IMG/VR virus record: IMGVR_UViG_3300031344_000002
Coordinates: 62,001 to 126,000 of that record
Direction: 5' to 3' (one strand)
Length of the DNA stretch: 64,000 bases
How positions within the stretch are numbered: the stretch's first letter is position 1; each line of letters opens with the position of its first letter. The notes under the pieces are model-generated. The model worked only from the letters and a program-made list of their open reading frames with translations, did no database searches and was not told the DNA's origin. Below, in pieces: positions 59,425 to 64,000 of the stretch. The position numbers and the translations under genes were made by a program.

Positions 59425-60036
59425 ATGAACATCGATAATGAAACATATAAAATAAAAGAAGAAAATCGTTATAAAACTCAAACAGTTAAAACACAAATTG
59501 TATTAGCAACTAGTTTGAGAAAAGATAGTTATCATATTACCAGACTATTACATAAAGATTTTGGTAAAACAAAAAAATGGAATACATATTCTATCAGTAG
59601 AGATGGAATTATATACCAACATTATGATAATAAATATCATTCAGATTTTCTTGGCATTAAAGAAGCAGATAAACAATCAGTTTCAATTATAATGGAAAAT
59701 ATGGGAAGTCTATTTCAAACAAATAGTGGAAAACATATTAATTGGATAAATGAGGTTTGCGATGAACAAAATGTAATTGAAAAACAATGGTATGGATATA
59801 ATTATTGGGAAAAATTTCCAGATATACAATTAGAAAATTTAGCATTACTTTGTGAAGAACTATGCGAACAATTTAATATTCCAAAAGTTTGTATTGAATT
59901 TCATAACTATCATAAAGATACTATTAGATTTAAAGGTATCGTATTTAGAAGTAACTATATTGAAGATAGTAGTGATATAAATCCATTATTCGATATCTCC
60001 AAATTTAATGAAATGTTACATAAAGAATTAGTATGA
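59425..60036 (+). CDS. Amidase_2/PGRP-like protein with apparently degenerate zinc ligands
   Basis: Y.ISRDG.IYQ, SVSI..EN.G and Q.E.L..LC.ELCE.FNIP match; IVLATS stands where IVLHHT is expected. Confidence 0.55.
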   Translation: MNIDNETYKIKEENRYKTQTVKTQIVLATSLRKDSYHITRLLHKDFGKTKKWNTYSISRDGIIYQHYDNKYHSDFLGIKEADKQSVSIIMENMGSLFQTNSGKHINWINEVCDEQNVIEKQWYGYNYWEKFPDIQLENLALLCEELCEQFNIPKVCIEFHNYHKDTIRFKGIVFRSNYIEDSSDINPLFDISKFNEMLHKELV

Positions 60037-60161
60037 AAAAAATTATAAGAAAAATCGAAGATTGGTTGTGGTTAAATGTTGGTTTTCATCATTACATGCA
60101 TAAATTAGAGAAATATGTTAAAAAGAATTCAATTGTTTTAATATATACTGATGTTGATTAA
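60033..60161 (+). CDS. Possible small ORF (42 aa, not in the track)
   Basis: ATGA overlap with the previous stop; MKKIIRKIEDWLWL... Confidence 0.3.
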   Translation: MKKIIRKIEDWLWLNVGFHHYMHKLEKYVKKNSIVLIYTDVD

Positions 60162-60170
60162 GTATTTATA
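60161..60170 (+). promoter_or_regulatory. Putative late promoter motif AGTATTTATA
   Basis: 11 nt upstream of ATG 60182. Confidence 0.65.
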
Positions 60171-60181
60171 ATAAAAATTAT

Positions 60182-60685
60182 ATGGATAATAAAAATATAA
60201 ACAACCAAAGCACACCAAATCAAATACGTATTTTTATGAAAAGAATACGTGAAGGAAAATATGAAGCAAGTGAATCATCAGAAGAAATGAAGAAGGATTT
60301 ATCAATTCAGGATATGCTTAAAATTACTCGTAAAATTAATGAAGATGTTAATACTGGAGAAGATAAAACAGCACAGAATAAAAAAACTGTTTACGACCAA
60401 AGTCGTGAAGAAGAAAAATTTACTGATTTTTTTAGAGATATGAATGTCAGCATTAAATTTATTGATTTAGAAATTTATGATAATCTAGTTTTTTGGGGTG
60501 GTACTGTCGATGGTGTAATTCAATTTGTTTACAAAGTAACTCCTGATGAAAAAACATCTGGTGTTGAATTTAATTATTTGGAAGATTTTTCGCCTGATAA
60601 TCCAGAAAATGATGAAATTGTGGGAAGAATAGAATCTTACTACGATAATTTTTATAAGTATTGGAGAAATAATATGTTACAATAA
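60182..60685 (+). CDS. Hypothetical (putative virion) protein
   Basis: 167 aa; an INE motif follows the N-terminal segment. Confidence 0.5.
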   Translation: MDNKNINNQSTPNQIRIFMKRIREGKYEASESSEEMKKDLSIQDMLKITRKINEDVNTGEDKTAQNKKTVYDQSREEEKFTDFFRDMNVSIKFIDLEIYDNLVFWGGTVDGVIQFVYKVTPDEKTSGVEFNYLEDFSPDNPENDEIVGRIESYYDNFYKYWRNNMLQ

Positions 60686-60734
60686 TAATTAAAATTATTT
60701 TGAGTTCATCCTTCCATTCAGAGGAAAGAAATTG

Positions 60735-60770
60735 AAAAACGCAAGCCAAGATGCTCTGCGTTTTTTGCTT
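60735..60770 (+). terminator. Intrinsic terminator-like hairpin
   Basis: aaaaacgca-agc...gct-c-tgcgttttt. Confidence 0.6.
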
Positions 60771-60778
60771 TTATAAAA

Positions 60779-60787
60779 AGTATTTAT
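60779..60787 (+). promoter_or_regulatory. Putative late promoter motif AGTATTTAT
   Basis: 17 nt upstream of ATG 60805. Confidence 0.6.
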
Positions 60788-60804
60788 TATAAAATATTAT
60801 AAAA

Positions 60805-61587
60805 ATGAAAAAAATTTTAGCTTTTTTAAAACAAAAGAATAATGCAATAATTACTGCGGTAATTATTATCATATTAATTCTTTCAGCAATTGTTTATTTT
60901 CAACATAAAAAAATTGCAAACCTTAATGATAAATATCAAAGTGAAGTTAAATTAAAAAATGCTTTAGTTGATACTGCCAAAGTTTATAAAAATAAAGAAA
61001 ATGAATGGGTTACAGAAAAACTAACATTACAAGGAAGTCTTAAACTTATTAATGATGTTAATAACCATCTCACTGCATCAGAACAAGAATTAACAAAAAG
61101 AGTTAAAGAATCGGAAAAAAATAATTCAGTTATTACTGCAGCACTTATTCAAACTAAAGTCGAATTGGATTCATTAAAAAGTGGAAAAGTTAGTATTAAT
61201 GATAAAGATAGTAGTATTGCATTTGCAGATTCAACAAAAAATATTAAATATAATATTGAAATTTTACATGTTAGACCAATAAGTTTAACAATATTACCAA
61301 TAATGAAATTCAATAAATTTGAATTACCCAATAAGCAATATATTCAATTTTTTTGGAGTGATAAGAAAAAAGATTATCCCATTTCATTTAGCGTAAGTAA
61401 TTCTAATGATTATTTTAAAACAGTAAATATTGATAGCTATGCTATTCCACAATTACAAAAAGATGTTATAAATCCAAGTGCTTGGCAAAAATTTACTACT
61501 TGGATAAAAAAAAGTGGTAGTTTTATAATAACTGTTGGAGTTTCTGGTGCTGCCGGAGCAGGATTATATGCTATTTTGCATAAATAA
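60805..61587 (+). CDS. Membrane-anchored coiled-coil protein, possible spanin-like lysis protein
   Basis: N-terminal TM segment, coiled coil, C-terminal hydrophobic segment; late motif. Confidence 0.45.
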   Translation: MKKILAFLKQKNNAIITAVIIIILILSAIVYFQHKKIANLNDKYQSEVKLKNALVDTAKVYKNKENEWVTEKLTLQGSLKLINDVNNHLTASEQELTKRVKESEKNNSVITAALIQTKVELDSLKSGKVSINDKDSSIAFADSTKNIKYNIEILHVRPISLTILPIMKFNKFELPNKQYIQFFWSDKKKDYPISFSVSNSNDYFKTVNIDSYAIPQLQKDVINPSAWQKFTTWIKKSGSFIITVGVSGAAGAGLYAILHK

Positions 61588-61607
61588 TATAATTTTTAAA
61601 TTAATGT

Positions 61608-61647
61608 AAAGAACGTGTGTTATTATAATATGCGTTCTTTTTATTTT
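61608..61647 (+). terminator. Intrinsic terminator
   Basis: aaagaacgtgtgtta / taatatgcgttcttt form a 15-bp stem with G-U pairs, followed by a T-run. Confidence 0.7.
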
Positions 61648-61659
61648 TAAAATAGATTA

Positions 61660-61669
61660 AGTATTTATA
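61660..61669 (+). promoter_or_regulatory. Putative late promoter motif AGTATTTATA
   Basis: 13 nt upstream of ATG 61683. Confidence 0.65.
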
Positions 61670-61682
61670 ATAAAATTATTAT

Positions 61683-61889
61683 ATGGACAATAATGATGTT
61701 AAGACAATCGTCAAGGATGAAATTAATAAATTCGTCAATGATGCTTTAGATAGGGAAGTTAAGAAAATACTTAAAAAATCTGGAAGTCAAACAAGAAATG
61801 AAATGATTAATACTATTGGAGATGCCATAGAAATGGTTTATAAAGTATTATGGCAAAAGCGTGATTTCTGGCGTACAGGGATTAAATAA
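61683..61889 (+). CDS. Small hypothetical virion-type protein
   Basis: 68 aa with VKTIVKDEI and LWQKRDFW. Confidence 0.5.
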   Translation: MDNNDVKTIVKDEINKFVNDALDREVKKILKKSGSQTRNEMINTIGDAIEMVYKVLWQKRDFWRTGIK

Positions 61890-61916
61890 TTGATTATAAA
61901 CAATTGATAATATCTA

Positions 61917-61926
61917 AGTATTTATA
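61917..61926 (+). promoter_or_regulatory. Putative late promoter motif AGTATTTATA
   Basis: 17 nt upstream of ATG 61944. Confidence 0.65.
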
Positions 61927-61943
61927 CTAAAAAAGAATAAATA

Positions 61944-64000
61944 ATGGCAACTTTAAAACCAACATTAGCGAAACCAATAAGTGTACAGTCAAAGAAATAT
62001 GAAAGTAATTTTAATAAGACCATGCATAATGTTGCACCTGATGTTAAATTAAGTGAAAGTATCGTAATGAATGAAATTGATTCATATTTAAATGAAGAAG
62101 ATTTTAAACTTAAGAAAAAAATATTTTCATTACCAAAAATGGAAGCATTAGTTTTTTCTGACCCAAAATTAAGTGCAGAATATAATAAAATGATGGGCGA
62201 TGGTAAAGATGATAATACTGGAACAAATCGTTATGGATACCACGCAAACGAAACCGTTCAAAATATATTGTTCAACGACTATGTATTAAACAGTCCAAAA
62301 TATTTACAAAAATATAAAATGGCAATACCTGTAAAAAAAGAACGCAGGGACCAAAGCGGAATCAATCAATTAAAACAAGCAGGAAAAGAAAAAATGAAAA
62401 AGACAGATAGTACGGGAACTAAAATAGTCAAACCAACTGTTGATGAAAATGATGTGACAAAAACAAAAGTATTATTTTTAGTTAATGAAAAAGACCCAAA
62501 AAATCCTGATTTATTTGCATATTTTCCTGAAGAAAATTATGATAATCGAGGAAATTTAAAAGTTGGATATTCTCATGTTGGTCAACATGGTGGGGTAGAC
62601 CCAAGATATGCAAAAGAAAGTAGATTAGCAACTCCTGAAGAATATCAAAATCTTAAAACCGAACTTGAAAGTATTGGTTATAATTTTGATGTATTAAATT
62701 CTACAAATGAAAGTACTGGTGCTGCAGGTGGTGCTGGTGCATTTAGTCCAGCATTAGGTTATGAAAAGAAAGTTAATGAAATGACTGGTACTGGTGGCGC
62801 AGGTGGTGCTGGTGATTCTGGAAGTAATTCAAGTGGTTCTGGTGCATATGTTGGACCATCAGTATGGGGTAGTGGTGATTTGATGAAAGTTAATGGTAAA
62901 TCAAAAGTAAAAACCAAACCAATGTTTCCCGGTGGTACAATAATTCAAGAAAATAAAAATTATCTTGTTGACCCAAGTGGTTTTGAAAATTTTGTTAAAG
63001 CATTAAATGAAGAAGACCTTTCATATCAAACAAAATTAGGTCAAGACTATAAACAATCACATACTGATAGTAATAAAGGATTGGGTGTTAGTGAAGTACC
63101 ACAATCAAAAGAACGTGAAAAGAGTAAAAAGGGAATTGATGATAACACATCATTATATATTGGTCAAGATGTTGATAAAATGCGAGATGATGATGTAAAA
63201 ATTCTCCATAATGATATGACACAGAAACATTCATATTTTCCACATCCAGATAATCCAAATTTAAAAAATGATGGAATTTCTGGAGTTAAAAATGAAAATA
63301 AAGAACATGAAGATAATGTAATAATTAATAAAACCAATGCTTTTAATAGTGATACTGTAAAAGATTGGGATAAAAATGATACCAATCTTGAAATGAAAAC
63401 ATTAAAAACAGGTAAAACCGATAATCCAAATCTAAATCAAATGGAAGAAAATAAAAAAATAGCAAAAGATGTTGAAGATTTTGCTTCAACAAAACATAAA
63501 AATTTGCCAGAAAAAGTAGATGAAGATTCTACAACAATGGCAAATGCATCAAAAATGCAACCTAAAGAAGATTCGATGTCTAATAAAATGGACAATACTA
63601 CAATGCCTATTGGTATACAACAACAAGGTGGTGGTATGAATGAAGAATTTAGTTTATTAGAAGAAATAAATAACGAATTGAATGCATATTCAATTCATCA
63701 TCAAAAATTAGTGAAAATGAGTGAAGATAGAAAACCATCTGCTTTGGTTCTTAGAGACCGTGTTGGCAGTGAAAATGAAAAAAACTTTAAGAAAGATTTA
63801 CAAAATAGTGATACCAAAGAAATTATTGACATCGAGAAGGAGTTGGAATGGAAAGACCAACAAAGTAATGTTGGCAAAGACCCACAAAAATTAGGGAAAG
63901 ATATCGAAGAAAAAGAAATTAAAACAACAGATGCTAAAGGTGATGAATCTTTAAAAGATGTTGGTGATAGTACAAACGATAATGGAGATGAAATTCCAAA
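61944..64000 (+). CDS. Large 3'-truncated putative head-internal/scaffold-like protein (>685 aa), missing from the ORF track
   Basis: Hand translation MATLKPTLAKP... stays open to the window end. It is charged and low-complexity, with many x-N-E motifs and G/A/S-rich linkers. Confidence 0.7.
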   Translation, partial: MATLKPTLAKPISVQSKKYESNFNKTMHNVAPDVKLSESIVMNEIDSYLNEEDFKLKKKIFSLPKMEALVFSDPKLSAEYNKMMGDGKDDNTGTNRYGYHANETVQNILFNDYVLNSPKYLQKYKMAIPVKKERRDQSGINQLKQAGKEKMKKTDSTGTKIVKPTVDENDVTKTKVLFLVNEKDPKNPDLFAYFPEENYDNRGNLKVGYSHVGQHGGVDPRYAKESRLATPEEYQNLKTELESIGYNFDVLNSTNESTGAAGGAGAFSPALGYEKKVNEMTGTGGAGGAGDSGSNSSGSGAYVGPSVWGSGDLMKVNGKSKVKTKPMFPGGTIIQENKNYLVDPSGFENFVKALNEEDLSYQTKLGQDYKQSHTDSNKGLGVSEVPQSKEREKSKKGIDDNTSLYIGQDVDKMRDDDVKILHNDMTQKHSYFPHPDNPNLKNDGISGVKNENKEHEDNVIINKTNAFNSDTVKDWDKNDTNLEMKTLKTGKTDNPNLNQMEENKKIAKDVEDFASTKHKNLPEKVDEDSTTMANASKMQPKEDSMSNKMDNTTMPIGIQQQGGGMNEEFSLLEEINNELNAYSIHHQKLVKMSEDRKPSALVLRDRVGSENEKNFKKDLQNSDTKEIIDIEKELEWKDQQSNVGKDPQKLGKDIEEKEIKTTDAKGDESLKDVGDSTNDNGDEIP

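Noticed and set aside
60700-60770. Possible small structured ncRNA
   Set aside because: A slightly GC-richer patch, but adequately explained by a terminator hairpin; no further support.
13174-63385. Short ORF-track entries antisense to or overlapping long genes (e.g. 13174, 24348, 33291, 52541, 54796, 63164)
   Set aside because: They are shadows of well-supported genes, with no start context or recognisable motifs.
1-64000. Stop-codon reassignment as in some large phages
   Set aside because: Genes are long and tightly packed in the standard code; TAG ends the polymerase and the 16154 ORF, and TGA ends the 27955 and 59425 ORFs at sensible positions.
1-64000. tRNA or rRNA genes
   Set aside because: No GC-richer cloverleaf or T-loop segment was seen in intergenic gaps by eye; tRNAscan-SE would be needed to be certain.

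Overview
This is a 64 kb, very AT-rich segment of a large (jumbo-type) tailed dsDNA phage, most likely a myovirus because it carries gp25-like and gp6-like baseplate wedge genes. It uses the standard code, and almost all genes lie on the + strand. The host is probably a member of Bacteroidota: TAnnTTTG/-33 TTG promoters precede the DNA-metabolism genes, and genes have A-rich leaders without Shine-Dalgarno sequences. Gene blocks, in order: paralogous tail-fibre genes and glycosyltransferases; SNF2 helicase and family B DNA polymerase; putative virion-internal/effector genes (Nudix, WYL, a 2317-aa multi-enzyme protein, 2H phosphoesterase, HAD phosphatase, ParB-like); baseplate and tail genes; RuvC-like resolvase, primase, sigma factor, ArdC-like protein and an Mre11-Rad50 fusion; dCMP deaminase and lysis-like genes; and an unlisted ORF that runs off the right end. 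Four things stand out. (1) The 2317-aa protein strings together three kinase-fold domains, a Cys-His-Asp domain, a zincin, two ADP-ribosyltransferase-like domains and a CCA-adding nucleotidyltransferase, with I/L/V-x-E motifs at almost every domain junction, which suggests a capsid-packaged polyprotein cut by the prohead protease. (2) Its CCA domain sits next to 2H phosphodiesterase and RNA-repair-type HAD genes, suggesting tRNA 3'-end repair. (3) About 22 oriented AGTATTTAT(A) motifs look like a phage late promoter, and a candidate phage sigma factor is encoded in the window. (4) An FN3 domain is split in frame across two ORFs by a 36-nt promoter-containing spacer. All functional calls come from motif recognition by eye; no searches were run.
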